From positions 1,550,001 through 1,614,000 of the forward strand of contig OZ025780.1 in assembly GCA_964019425.1 (NCBI GenBank): a DNA stretch of 64,000 nt, written 5' to 3'. The DNA comes from Flectonema sp. DT1601. Taxonomy: Eukaryota. Every line of letters starts with the position of its first letter. The stretch's first letter is position 1. The notes below the pieces were generated by a model, which saw only the letters and a program-made list of their open reading frames with translations, was not told the DNA's origin and made no database searches. A program made the position numbers and the translations under genes. Of this stretch, positions 24,475 to 37,470 are shown in pieces.

Positions 24475-27363
24475 TGTTATAGACGAGTCGTGACTGCAGA
24501 ATAACGAGTCTTGCTTCACTCTGAAGTTCCGTTATAACGAATTTACAATCGAGTGATTCTCTTGTTGTGAATTTAAATATTCGGTTGATGAATTTGTTGG
24601 TGATAACAAACTACGAGTCTAAATATGGTTACGTTGACTCTACTTCAATCCCTTTTTTTTTTTTTGGTTTTGCTTTCCGTCATTCTTTCTAACTATTCTC
24701 AGCTAGAAAGAAGAAGAAAAAAAGGGAAGGAGTATTTTTCTTTCTTTTTTCTTTTCTTCTTTGTGTTATCAACACTTTCACTGACACGTTATAATCCGAC
24801 AACCTGTCCTGGAGAGGATGGAATTCTTTTTTTACAAATACTCGTTTTTTTTTTTTGTTTCCCCCCGTAATGGTAATGTGAGAAACGTTCTTTCAAGAAC
24901 GATGATCTCTCTCACAACAAATTGTTTGGTTGGTAAAAATTTAAGATAATAATTCTCTCCTCATCTCTCTCCCTTCCACTTCGTGTTTTTTGAGGTGCTC
25001 CCCTTTCCCGTTTTTTATTTTTAATATTTTATAAACTTGTAGCAGTAAAGGAAGCCTTATTGATTTCGACATATCTTCGTGTTCTGATGGTCTCTGTTTC
25101 AACAAGTTGTTTTAGAAGTTAAAAATGAAATCAGTTCTGAGCGTAACTGTGTTGGACTTTTCGGAAGTGTATTATCAAAAGTGTTATCTAACTGAACGCC
25201 GTAAGGCATTTCCGAAGTCTGCAAACCCAATGTGATTCCAAGATTACCGTGAAAGCCATTTCCCTTTCTCTCCCCTTACTTTTTTAACGCATACTGTACT
25301 TCTGTTGTTCTGGGTAAGTGATATCCCGTTGTTTGTTGCTCTTTCTGAGTTGTAGTAGTGATACGTTGTGTTGCCTAACAAACAGTTCTCGCTTGGTTGA
25401 CAGCAACGTCATTTTTATTTTTTGTATGACATTATAAGGGTGGTGTCATCCGCAATTTTTGTCTCTCTTTTTTTAATTCAATTTCGCAGTGACCTTTCGT
25501 GCGATCTGAGAAGTGATTTTTCCTTCTTTTAGTCTCCGAGAGAAATCATTTTTTCGAGACGAGAGCAACAGCAACAAACTGACAACAGTTTTTAACGCAT
25601 GCAGCATCCTGTGAGGAAGCTGATTATTTAATTGTTTGTTGGAGAATCCTCCTTCAAACATTATAACGCATATTATTTTTTAATTTCTTTTTCTCCACCC
25701 CTTATTTCGTCTACAGCGACACAGCAGGTTTATTCTTTCCCTTTTTTTCTTTTTTAAATTTATTTTATTTACGTTACTGTTTACAGTTGACAGTGTGTCG
25801 TTAGATTCTATTTTTTAATCTTTATTCACTCACTTCTAGTCTGTTTTTTTAAAAAAAATCCTTTTTTTTGTATAAGGGTAAAAGAGGAATGATTGTCCTT
25901 TGAAATGCATCAAGCGGGGACAGGGACAATTACCCTGGAAAGCTGCACTCTTTTGTGCAGTAGGGTGTCTGGTGGATGTGCATGGAAAAGACAGTCTTGC
26001 ATCAGGCCGTACCGTTAACCGCAATAGGTCTCTTGTACTTCATATCTAACTCTCAGATGTGGATTACAGTTTCAGTGCAAGTTGCTTGCAAAGCCAATTC
26101 TTTCTTTTTTTTTCTTACTATTTTTGGTACTCTTTTCTTGTATGGTTACTCATCAATTTCAATCTTCAAAATAACCGCGAATAGCATCTCCCAGCGGAGA
26201 AGAATTTTTTTTTTAATTTTTTTTTAAAATAAGAATTTACAGCACGTGTCAATGTGGTTATGAATGTCAACAAGAAATAACAACAACAAAAAAGTGTTTT
26301 TTTTGATTGGTAAGATTCTCTCAACCAAATCCGATTCACTAGTTGGATCGTTTGTCCAAAAGAATGAGAGAGGGAGAGACAAATAGAGGGGCATTTTTTT
26401 TTTTTTTTTTTTTACTTTTTCATCCAGCTGCCTTGAGCTCTGTGAAGATAAAAATAGGAAGCCCGCGTGCTACCGTGTGATGTGCATCCTTCCCTCCTTT
26501 GTGGTGTCAACACGATTGTTGAACATGTACTTTCAAAGCCATCTTTATTTGTTTATTTTAACTGCACTGTTTTATGACTTTATATCGCTGCTAATATTAA
26601 TTTATTTTAAGTGCAGAAGTAGAACAGAAAAAAAAAAAAAAAAAAAAAGAGGTTTGGTGACTACACTAGGGGATTTTTTTTGTGTTTTCTTTTTCTTAAA
26701 CACTCCGACAGGAGAGGGAAGAAATTCAACTTCAATGTCTTTCCTAGAAATTCTTTTATATGAGTTTTTTCAAACCTAGTCTATGTTCAAGGGTTCCTTT
26801 TTTTTTTTTTTTTTTGTCAACAAATTTTGGTGAGAGAACTTGTTCTCGTTGAATTTGCGCTGGAAAAAAAACTTGTGAATTCCTTCCTCAGAATAATTCT
26901 TGTATGGAGTTAGAAAAAAGAAGAAAAAAAAATTCCTGTGATCGTAGTCACCCTTATCTGTAATGTGGTAGTATTTATTAGTTGAAACAAATACGTGTCG
27001 TCTTTATTGCAGATTATCCGTCCTCCTCTTTCTACTTATTCTAACATCCGATTTGGGTTGCCTCTCTCTTTCTCTACCCCTCTCTCTTTCTTGCTCGCTA
27101 ATGAGCATCTGTTGTATTCAAACTTTGTCTTGTTGGAGTTGGTCTTCGTGATGGGTTGAAGAATCAAAAAACAAATATTTGGTCAGAATATGGCGTTATC
27201 AGCCGTCTCTAACACTGTCTGCTCGCGTGGACGGTGGGTTTAGGTAGTCATTTGTTCCAGGTTATTCTACGTCTCTTATCGTCTGTGAGAGTCTCACGGT
27301 TGCTGGTAGCGATTTAACTGTTACTCTGTGAGCTTTTCCTGGCTTTTGGCTTCCTAGGCTTCG

Positions 27364-27399
<36 letters not shown>

Positions 27400-27703
27400 A
27401 AATTATTAAGGGGAATCGTGTGTGCTATTTTTGTAGCTGAGATACCCGCGTGGTACGTTGCCTGGTTTTTTTTTCTCTTTTTTCTTCGTTTGCCCATTTT
27501 ATTGCTTCTCTTATAATGTTTTAAGATTTTTTTTTTTTTTTTCCCCCTCTCTTCGTTTTTTTGCTTCTTGAGCAAAATAAGCACTCACAGTTCTACAAAA
27601 AAAAAGAAAAAATTTTTTTGCCCCAAAAAATCCGCCAATTTGCCTTTTCAGTATGTGCACTTCGAGCACACAACGCATCAATATTTCTTTTATTTATTTA
27701 TCT

Positions 27704-27736
<33 letters not shown>

Positions 27737-28072
27737 CTTTTTTGTATGAGTGTAACAAGCTCTCACAGTCTAACCGGATTACGCTTTTCTGTACACTAAT
27801 TAAAAGCATGAAAAAAAAAAAAAAAGAAAAAAAAGCTGAAATTTTATGTACATTTCATGTCAGGTGAAGGTGTTGTGACATTAATTATTACCCTGCGACG
27901 AGAAGTGATTTTAATTTTTTTGTATTTATATCCGTTGCTGAATCTTTGTAACGGTTATCGTTTGGGTCCTCTGTTCGGGACTCAACAATGTTAGATTGCG
28001 TAACTAACTGACTGAATTATGGTATTGTTTGTTAAGCTGCTTTAATCCTGTATAGTTGCTCAGGTTATTTCA

Positions 28073-28104
<32 letters not shown>

Positions 28105-28419
28105 AAGGAATCTTGACCCGTCTGCATGAGTTAAGTGTGCTAGCCGAACTGTCTAGACCGTTCATTTTTTTTTTTTCTTCCAGCCTCATTTGGTTTAAAA
28201 AAAACATCAGCTTTGTTTTGTTCTTTTTTTATTTTCTCGCTTTTGGGGGACAGCAATGCACTTATGTGTCAGGCCCCTTCTCCGTCCCCCTGCAATGCCG
28301 TTAGGTTATTATTTTATTATTCAGTTGTGCTTCGTCACTAGAAATGATGGGTAGTTCGATTCCGGGTATCGGATTTTTTCACCTTCTAACTTCATCATAA
28401 CTGCCTCTCAGCACATAAT

Positions 28420-29577
28420 ATGAATATCGATGTTGACTACGAGGCCATAAACCAGATGGCCGCCGATGCCAGAAGTGAAGCTAAATACTCAAAGAGTCTT
28501 AAGTCAACGACTACGGAAGAAACTGGTCCAAACAAAAAGTTGATAAACACAATTAAGAGCGCTGAGGGAAAGCAAAATAAAAGACAGAAATCTGAAGATG
28601 CTAAAAAAAGAGCGAATCAAAAACGGAAATCAGCGGGGGCTTTTGGACATCAACTGGGAAGTGATAGCGACAGCGACAGCGAAGATTCAGAAATGAAAAA
28701 AGTTAAGAAAAGATCAAAGCAAGAACCAATAATTATCTCTCCAGAACAGGCAAAGAGAACGTTATTTGTAAGTAACCTTCCACACACTACTGACATAAGC
28801 GATTTGAAAGATGTCTTCCCAGGTATTGGCAACATCAGTATTCAAAGGAGAGGTGCGAAATGTCGCGGGTCAGCCTTCTTGACAATGAATACCTTCGAAG
28901 ATGCTGATCTTGCTGTTAAGAATAAGGGAAGCTATTCAGTTTTGGGTAACACAATTTCAGTGGAGTTTAAAAAGGTTGTAACATCTGACTCAAAGTTATC
29001 CACAGCGGCTGTTACTTCGTGGGTGAAGGAGGGTGAACAGGAAACAGATAGAAAAACAGTTTTTATTAAAAAACTTCCCCTCGGAGTAAATATATCCACC
29101 GTCAAGGAAGTCCTTGAGGAAGGAGGAGGTCCTATTGATGAAATCCACTTCACATCAAACAGACGATCGATTATCATGCAGTTTGCTACTGAAGAAGGAT
29201 CTCGTCAGGCGCTTCTCAAAAAAACTTTTACCGTTCGAGGTGAGGAGTTAACCGTCCAGCCCAGCACAATATCATACGGTACATGGTCAGGTCAGAAATC
29301 AACAAAACAAACTACAAAGAGTTGGTTAAAAAAACCAGGTTCTCCATCAAAATCTCCATCAAAATCGATAGCTACTAACGACAACACAACTGCTGGCCCT
29401 GCTGAAGGAAGTACTTCAGACACAACAAAGACTTCAAACAGTGATAACACCAACAGCAGTGATATTAAAAAAGATGTTAACACCGACGTCAAAGATCCAC
29501 CGAAAGCAGTAATCCCAGAAAAGGCGAAACCAAAGGTAAGCGTGTTCTCATTCAAACCTAGAACTGTGAGAAAATAA
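28420..29577 (+). CDS. RNA-binding protein with two RRM domains
   Basis: RNP2-like TLFVSNLP and TVFIKKLP, RNP1-like RGSAFLTM. Basic/acidic low-complexity flanks. Confidence 0.85.
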   Translation: MNIDVDYEAINQMAADARSEAKYSKSLKSTTTEETGPNKKLINTIKSAEGKQNKRQKSEDAKKRANQKRKSAGAFGHQLGSDSDSDSEDSEMKKVKKRSKQEPIIISPEQAKRTLFVSNLPHTTDISDLKDVFPGIGNISIQRRGAKCRGSAFLTMNTFEDADLAVKNKGSYSVLGNTISVEFKKVVTSDSKLSTAAVTSWVKEGEQETDRKTVFIKKLPLGVNISTVKEVLEEGGGPIDEIHFTSNRRSIIMQFATEEGSRQALLKKTFTVRGEELTVQPSTISYGTWSGQKSTKQTTKSWLKKPGSPSKSPSKSIATNDNTTAGPAEGSTSDTTKTSNSDNTNSSDIKKDVNTDVKDPPKAVIPEKAKPKVSVFSFKPRTVRK

Positions 29578-29891
29578 TTTAGAAGGAACATTCATATCGT
29601 AGGTCACTTCTGTAAGAAATCACTTCAGGTGTTTAGTCAGTCAGATTATCGTCTTCGTAACTGACTGAGATATTATTTATATTTTCTAACCCGTCGAGTC
29701 TCCAGCTCCATATGAAAATGTAGGAAATGAAAAAAAAAAAAAAAATAAATAAATAAGAGAGAACGATCCTTTCTATATTTCAACAAGGTGGCTTTTAACA
29801 ATCCTTAGTCTTAGTAGTGATGATTTCAGTTTCTTATTTATTTATATTATTATTTTTTAGCTCGGTAGTTTTTTTCCTAACAAAATATAAC

Positions 29892-31179
29892 ATGTCCGGA
29901 GCGCCGGAGGGGGGCGGGACTGGAGCCGGGGGAGGAGTTGTCGAGGCTCACAATCATGAAGCAACGATACCCTGCACTCCGATATTTCATTCTGTGGTTG
30001 GGACATCTGAAGACCCAGTCGTATGGAATGGCACCAACACTGGAGCTGTTATATTGAGAGATAGCGAAAGTTGTGAGGTAATCGCAAAAATAGAAGCAGT
30101 TAACCCCACTTGCATAGCAGTCGCTGGTAATAAGGTTTGGGTTGGTAGAAGCAATGGAAAAATATCAATTTATGACATGACTGGAATGTTCTTAACTGTC
30201 GCTCATAACAACACTGATACTCAACCAATTACAAATATTATTGTGTTGGATGATAAAGTCTGGACATGTGCTACTTCAAAAGACATCGTAGAATGGGAAG
30301 CTAACAAGTTTTGTGTTCGCAGAATATTATTTGGTCCTCAGCCGGGTGATCTTATCGAGACTTTGTGTCACAATTTCAAATCAGGTTCTCAATTTCAGCT
30401 ATTTGCAGGATCCCGTGGGTACATTAGACTTTGGGGACCAGATGGAAAATGGGTTTACTGCACCGAAGGAGGATCAAAGTCTCTTGTTTACTCTCCAGCT
30501 CACCAACAGCTTTGGTCTGCTACGGATCATGGGATTATTGTTTACAATGCTGGTCATGAAACAGATCCTTTTACAGTACTTCGTACGCTCCATCAAGGTA
30601 TGTGTTTGTGAAAGTAGTAGTTTTGGAGTATTGTATTCAGTCTTTTCTATTTAAATAAATAAAATAAAACCAATCAGGGATTTGTATTAATCAATTATTA
30701 TTTCTTCCATCTGAGGGGAGGGTTTGGGCCTTTGGATCCGATGAGGTTTGTACAGTATTCAGTACTGCAACCTTAACCCCTCTTCAGACATTACCAACGC
30801 CGATCTGCAGTGCTCGAAATGCGTTTGTTAGTCACAAAAAAGAGATCACAAAGGTATGATATTTATGTTTGTTTGGTGGGGTTTTTAAAAAAAAAGATTT
30901 ATTTTTTTTAATAAAAATCTCTCAATCAGGTTTGGTGTACTTCTGATGACGGATTACAAATCCGGACCTGGGACAGCATCGCCTTCAGTCCAGCTGATGT
31001 CATGTCTTCAACTAGCGGAGAGGGGTTAGAAACAATTGAAACTACGACAATGAAACAAGAAGTTGAACATCTTAAAAAAAAAGTTCGATACCTCCAATCT
31101 GTGGGAACACTTTTCCGACAGAGAATCGGAATTCTCTTTACGTATGTTTTTATTTTGATCTTTTTTTTGTTGACGGGGG

Positions 31180-31214
<35 letters not shown>

Positions 31215-32622
31215 TCAGTGAGAAATTCAAGCAACGCGACCATGGTCCTGTTGACGTTGCAAACTTTGAAAAGATCTTTCGTCAGGCGTTGACAGATTTA
31301 ACATCTGCGAATCCTGACGCTGCTGCTACTCTTGGAGCTGAAGTTATGGGAGCAGGAGACATCGAGTCACTCCCACATGGTGAACAACTACCTGAAGATA
31401 GAAGTATGGAAACACTGATAATGGAGAAAGAATCCTTACAACTTGCTCTTAATGAGGCGTTGTCTAATAACGCGAGGGGATCATCTTCCACTGCTGGTCT
31501 CGACGTCGAAAAGGTCTGTTTATTTTAAATTTTTTTTTTACGAATATGTTATTAAAGGTTTTTCCTGCAACGTCAACAAAAAAAAAAAAAAAAAAAAAAC
31601 AAGGTTGCGAAATATTGGAAAGACAAACTCCGAATCAGCCACGACGAGTTGGGAGAATCGAAACAAGAAATTGAAAGGCTGTCAACGATGCTTCATGAGA
31701 TGGGTCCTCAGAAAGATATTGACATCAAGAGAGCTCATCACATCTGTCAAGTTTTAAAAGAAAAGAATTCTCTCAAAGAACGAGAGATGGTATTACTTGA
31801 TGAAACTGACAATCTAAAAAAGCAACTGGCACAGTCTGAAGAGAAATACATCGAATTAAAAAACAGTCTTGGTGACTACGTATGGAACAACATTCAAGGA
31901 GGAGGAGTTGGATCTCCGGGTGGAGGTATCCCAAGCGCTGACAAAACAAGCGGAATGTTTGAACTGGAACACGACAGAGCAGTCTCAAAGGAAAAACAAT
32001 ACTCAGTGTTGGTTGATCAGATGAAAGAAGACACTGAAAAACTAAAACAAGAACTAGTAGAAGCACAGAGACAATTAAAACGTCACCAAGACCAAGCCAA
32101 TGAATGTAAAATAGTAGTCAAACAGAACGCTCTATTGAAAACAAGAATTCAAAAAATGAGAGAGTCACTTCAAAGTCAGAGAATCGACACCACGACATCC
32201 CATACTGAAATGCAAACCAACATTGAAGTGTTAATGGGTAATATAAATCAATTACAGAATGATCTCTCATCGAGGGACAGTGCAGTTCAAGACCTTTCCG
32301 CTGATAAATTAAAACTCATGCAAGACATCAGCAGAATGAATGCAATCCTCGAGCGGTATAAAACTAAGGTGCGTCTTCATACTGTTCTTTGATTTCTTTT
32401 TTATATATTTTTATATACAACAAAACCACATCAATCAGGTACTTAATCTCGAGCGTGAACAGATCTCGCGTACAAAGGCAGAGCAAATTTCTGGTCGCGA
32501 ACATAAAAAGGAGACGCAAACTCTTTGTGAATCTCTTGACAACAGAGAGGGTAAGATTCAACATCTGCAAATGAATTTCGTTGATATTAGCGAGCAGTTA
32601 CAACATCAAATTCAGCAGGTTG

Positions 32623-32665
<43 letters not shown>

Positions 32666-33470
32666 AGCTTACTTTTTTTTGAAAACTAAAACAAAACAGG
32701 TTTCAAGGACAAATCATGAGATGGATTTGATGTCCAGGGAAAACATGTCTTTAAAATCAAAGCTTCAGCAGTTGGATGTCCTGATTGAGGAACGTAGACA
32801 GGTATGCGTTCAATTCTTGTTTCTGTTTTAGATATTCTTCTGAACAAGATTCCAAACAAACCTCCCCAAACAGTTTACTGGTCTTCTTGGTGAAGTTCAA
32901 GGCCGAATGGAGATGGCAATCGAGGAGCTGAAATCAGCGCAATCGACAACTGAATTAGCATCAGAACTCAGCAACTTAGAACAGCGAATCGGAGGTCTCA
33001 CTGCACTCGAAGGTCAGTTAAAACAAAAAGATGATCTTATCGCTGTTAGAGAGGATGAGGTTCAAAAATTGAAACTAAAATTAGCAATGTTCGAGAGAAA
33101 CGTTAATAACATATCAGCGGTGTTCTTACAATTCCCACAATGTTTGGATGAGATGGAAGTAATGATTATTGAGAATGAGGAATACAGAAAGATGGCTGGT
33201 CACAACGCAGAATTAGAAGAAAGAGTAAAACTCCGACAGCTCGAACTTCAAGCGCGAAAGCAACAGCAACAACAACAGGGGGTTGCATCAGCTATTCGTG
33301 GTGGTCTTGCTGGATCCCTCGATTCAGCAACCGCAGCACTCCTTGCCAGGACAGCCGAAGACTCTGACAGTGACGATGAATCACTTTTAGTACCAAATCA
33401 CTTAATAAGCAGCAGCACTCCTGGTGTCCCTCTGAACTCAACTCCCTTGAGCGGTCTAGGAATGTATTAA
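29892..33470 (+). CDS. WD40-like beta-propeller plus long coiled-coil protein; 8 exons (29892-30597, 30678-30853, 30930-31141, 31219-31513, 31604-32368, 32439-32618, 32700-32801, 32874-33470); 1010 aa
   Basis: Seven GT-AG introns give one continuous 3033-nt frame. Repeated VW/LW blade motifs (KVWVGRSNGKISIYD, KVWT, QLWS, RVWA, KVWC) are followed by heptad-rich sequence. Confidence 0.85.
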
Positions 33471-34025
33471 TTTCTTCGGCTTGATTTGCGGGTGATTTTT
33501 TTTTTTTCTCTTCTTCCCTTTTTTTTTCCCTTGTTTTCCCTGAAGGAGAGTAGTTATTGTATGTTAGAATATTTATTATGGTTATCCTTTTTTTTTTTTT
33601 TTTTTTTTTTTCCTCTTCCTGTAGATTTAGGGGAACAAAAAAAAAAAAAAAAAAACACCAGAACAGAAACAGGAGCATCTGCTTTCACTCTCCCACAATG
33701 TGTCTCCCTCGTACGCTGGTAGCAGCCCCTAGTGGAAAAAAAAAAAAAAAGAAAGAAAATAAAAACTTACTAGATATGGTTTATTCCTAGAGGCTGCTGG
33801 TGGATCCATTTGGGCTCTCCATTCCATTTCTTTTTTTAAAAGAACATATGACTGGCAACAGCATCTCCTCACCGTTATTTGTACCAAAAAAAAAAAAAAA
33901 AAAAAAAAAAAACATAAAATTGATAGATAGTTTTAATGAACAATAATAATCAGCAAAAAAAAAAAAAAAGTTTTTACCCATTTTTTTTATTTTTTTTTCA
34001 GAAACAAAAAAAAAAAAAAAAAAAA

Positions 34026-34766
34026 ATGAGAATCGGAATACCAACAGTGGTATTATGTGTTTGCTGTCTCGGAGGAACATTTGGATTTGTCTACGGAATG
34101 TTATGGGCCTACAGAGACCTAACAGTATGTGATGGAGGTAACGGACTAAGTCAAAGACATTGTTGGGATGAGTTCAATGAAATGCCATTATTACTTCCAA
34201 CCGACCAGAAAGGACAAATTTCTGGTGGAGTTGACATGGAAGAAGACTACGCTATTATGGATAACATTACTGTATACGCACTCGGTGATGGTTGTACTCC
34301 TCGTATTAATCTCGTTTCTCAAAGTAGAACTCGAGGAGGAGAACTATCAGCATTCGGACAATGTCACCCCTTCGCTAACTTGTTGACAGGTAAAGACCCT
34401 CATATGTTATTACAAACTAATAGTTGCAGGTTTACTTTTACATCAGACCGAAACGACATCGGATTGCACGACATTGGGTCACATAGAACTATTATATTTC
34501 GAAATGTAGGAAAATGTCCTGCCACAATCTACTACGTCAGGGAGAGGTTTGTTAAATTTAATTTTGTTGAGTACGCCGATAGAGCTCTGATCGTGGGAGC
34601 TCTTTGTGGTGGGTTTTATGTGTTTTTACTTTGTTGGTTTGTTTGTATGAAAATAGCGAGAGACATCGATAGTACTCCGTCCTGGCAACGAGAACGTACC
34701 AAGAATCGCAATAATAACAACAACTTGAGTCAAAATATTGCTATGAATGAATTCAACAGTATTTGA
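34026..34766 (+). CDS. Hypothetical membrane protein (N-terminal signal/TM and C-terminal TM)
   Basis: 246-aa ORF from the ATG after a pyrimidine tract-CAG-poly(A) leader. Two hydrophobic segments flank a Cys-containing domain. Confidence 0.75.
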   Translation: MRIGIPTVVLCVCCLGGTFGFVYGMLWAYRDLTVCDGGNGLSQRHCWDEFNEMPLLLPTDQKGQISGGVDMEEDYAIMDNITVYALGDGCTPRINLVSQSRTRGGELSAFGQCHPFANLLTGKDPHMLLQTNSCRFTFTSDRNDIGLHDIGSHRTIIFRNVGKCPATIYYVRERFVKFNFVEYADRALIVGALCGGFYVFLLCWFVCMKIARDIDSTPSWQRERTKNRNNNNNLSQNIAMNEFNSI

Positions 34767-34864
34767 AAGGAATTCATTATGAATCTTTTTTCTGTTTTTT
34801 TTTTTTTTCTTTGCAAGTATTTTGATTTTAATACCAAAAAGAAGTCTTTTGTCGAAGTCTTCAC

Positions 34865-34952
34865 ATCCCCCCCTTCCCTCAACCTTGATTTATTTATCCA
34901 AGTCCCCCCTTCCCTCAACCTTGATTTATTTATCCAAGTCCCCCCTTCCCTC
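34865..34952 (+). repeat. 36-bp tandem repeat (~2.5 copies)
   Basis: cccccttccctcaaccttgatttatttatccaagt is repeated. Confidence 0.85.
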
Positions 34953-36755
34953 TTGATACAATTGTTTTTCAGTCAAGTACTTGATATTAATTTTGTTTTC
35001 TTTAATATCTAAAGTTGTTACTGTTTTTACATTGTCAAAGTTTCACCCCTTCCCTCTTGATCTTATTACTTCAGTTTTTATTAGTCCGATTTATCATCTC
35101 TTTTGTGTTTATTTTCTTTTTTACATAAAGGAACTCGGCTGTTATTACTATATTATTACTTCCCCTCCCTAATTTGAACTTCTGTTGATGTGAAAAACAA
35201 ATCCTTTGAACACTAGTCTAGGATCCATCTATATCATCGAATTATAGTATTCGTGGTCATGAGATTTGGTTGTTTGGTTTTTTTTTTTTGCGTTTAGTCG
35301 GACATTTGGACATTTAGGTGGCCAACAAAATTATGTTTTTTTTTTTTTTTTTTTTTTGTTATGCGGAATCCTTGTTTTCTTTCCCTTCGTTGTTCACTAC
35401 ATCATCATCTCCTGTCTACAATCTGACAGGTGATTATCTGTGTTCAACACAACGTTACTGCTGCCTCATAGCTCCATAGGGTTCTGTATCAGCGATGAGT
35501 TGCGGGTAATGTTGTGGACTTCGTGATTTATATTTTATTTTAGGGAATAATTTCCTTCCGTTGATTTATTTATTTTCTTGAACTTCTTCTCTGATGAGAC
35601 AATAAACGACACCGACTCATTCAGATTGATGAGCCTCTGGGAAGACATGCTTAGTTAGGTTGTCGTGTTTCTGTTTTTTTTTCTTTCGTGGTATGGGGAC
35701 AAAAAGTAATACTTTCCCGATATATATTTTTTTTTGTTTTTGTTTTTTTTTTGTTAAATTACGTATTGGAACACAAATCACATCACGATTTTGCTATTTT
35801 TTATAAGACTGAAACTTTTCTTCGGGTGTCAGAATTACGAAAATAAGGAATCTTTGTGTGTGTCTTGTGTTTTTTCAATAAAAGTAGCATAATGTGAGAC
35901 TTTTCTTTGTCTACGCAAACAGATATTAATTTTTAACACCAAGCTATATGTCTCTTTTATACCATCTCAGTATTTGAGATGCCAGCAGACGAGAAGCTGT
36001 GAAAACTAAAACTGATACTGTACTGCTACTTTTTTTCTTTCATTTTTTTTTTTTTTCATTTTATGAAATGTTTCAAAGCTCTTTAGTTATCAGCGATGCT
36101 CAGTACGCAACGTATTGGGATTCTTTGTCAATCTGTAATCTGGGAATAATTGTTTTAGAGATAACATTTGTTCTTTGGTTATGACTATTTTCCCTAAAAA
36201 AGGAGGAAAAAATAAGTAAAAAAAAACAAAAAAAAGTTTTGTTGTTTTCTTTGATGAAAACTTTCTGAACGAAATGCATTTTTTTTTTGTGAAAATATGA
36301 GACTTCAATCTTCAATAGTGCTATCTTCGTTCTCTTTGATTTTCTCCTTTGTTTTCATTTTTCTTTTCTTGTTGTTAAATACAACTTACGAATTAATTTC
36401 TCTCATTTGTTGACGCCTCTTGGGAGGGATTCTTTATTTGTTTTGTTTTCCTCTTTCATCTTGTTCTCTCAAGGATACAATAATTGAAGATCAATTAAAT
36501 CTTTAATTAACTAGTCTTTGTTTGTACATATGACCTTCTTCTATTGTTATTGCTATTGCTGTTGCTCTTTTTTTTTTTGTTGTTGTTGCACAACCACGAC
36601 AGATGTAAAAAAAAACAAAAAACAATAAGCATCTCTTGTTGCTTGCGACCCATTTTATTTAAATGGTGTCTCTGCTTAACCTCTATTGATTGTCTTGTGT
36701 GATGTCATTTATAAATATGTTTTTCTTTTAAATTAGATATTCCCAACTACATCAA

Positions 36756-37130
36756 ATGTCTGACAAGGTTAAGTCCCACGTTCTCCGTAACACTGAGAAG
36801 GATGAGCTTATGAAGCAGTTAGACAGCTACAAGACTGAGCTCGCTGAGTTGAGAGTTGCTCAGATCACTGGAGGACCAGCCTCAAAGGTGTCAAAGATCA
36901 AAACTGTTAGAAAGAACATCGCTAGAGTCTTGACCGTTTTGAACGGAAAGCAGAAGGCGTCCCTCAGAGCCCTGTACAAGACTAAGAAGTTCGCTCCAAG
37001 AGATCTTCGTGTTAAGAAGACTCGTTCCATGAGAAGAGCCCTCACCCTTGATGAGTCTTCCAGAAAGACTCTTCGTCAGCAGAAGAAGGAGGCTGCATTC
37101 CCAATGCGCAAGTTCGCCCTTGCCCTCTAA
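36756..37130 (+). CDS. RPL35: 60S ribosomal protein L35 (uL29)
   Basis: K.EL..LRVA..TGG..SK.SKIK.VRK.IARVLTV and P.DLR.KKTR.MRRAL motifs. Strongly biased codon usage. Confidence 0.97.
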   Translation: MSDKVKSHVLRNTEKDELMKQLDSYKTELAELRVAQITGGPASKVSKIKTVRKNIARVLTVLNGKQKASLRALYKTKKFAPRDLRVKKTRSMRRALTLDESSRKTLRQQKKEAAFPMRKFALAL

Positions 37131-37470
37131 ACTGGCCTTTTCACGCAGTTTCTTGTTTTGACATTTGAAGGGGAAAAATGGAAAAAAAAAAGAACAGAAC
37201 GAAAAAAAAAAAAAAAAAAAGTGATCAAAATGATATAAAAAAAAAATCTCAAAAAAAAATTTAAAAAAAAAAAAAAAAAAGTCAGCAGTGATGATGTGAC
37301 ATAAATACATGTGAGTGGTGAACACCAATTTACTAAATTTCTTTTTTTTTTTTTGAAACATAGGTCCAATTGAGAAGCCCATCACTATTTAAAACACGTA
37401 GACAAAAAAATCTTTTTCCCCCCTTTTAAAGTTAATCACATTACTTATCACTCTCAGTTGTAATTACTAC

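Noticed and set aside
24625..28304. Many short Phe/Lys-rich ORFs in intergenic DNA (also 42-45 kb and 50-51 kb)
   Set aside because: They are translations of T and A homopolymer runs with no coding signature.
28340..28378. B-box-like gttcgattccg followed by a T run
   Set aside because: No cloverleaf or convincing A box.
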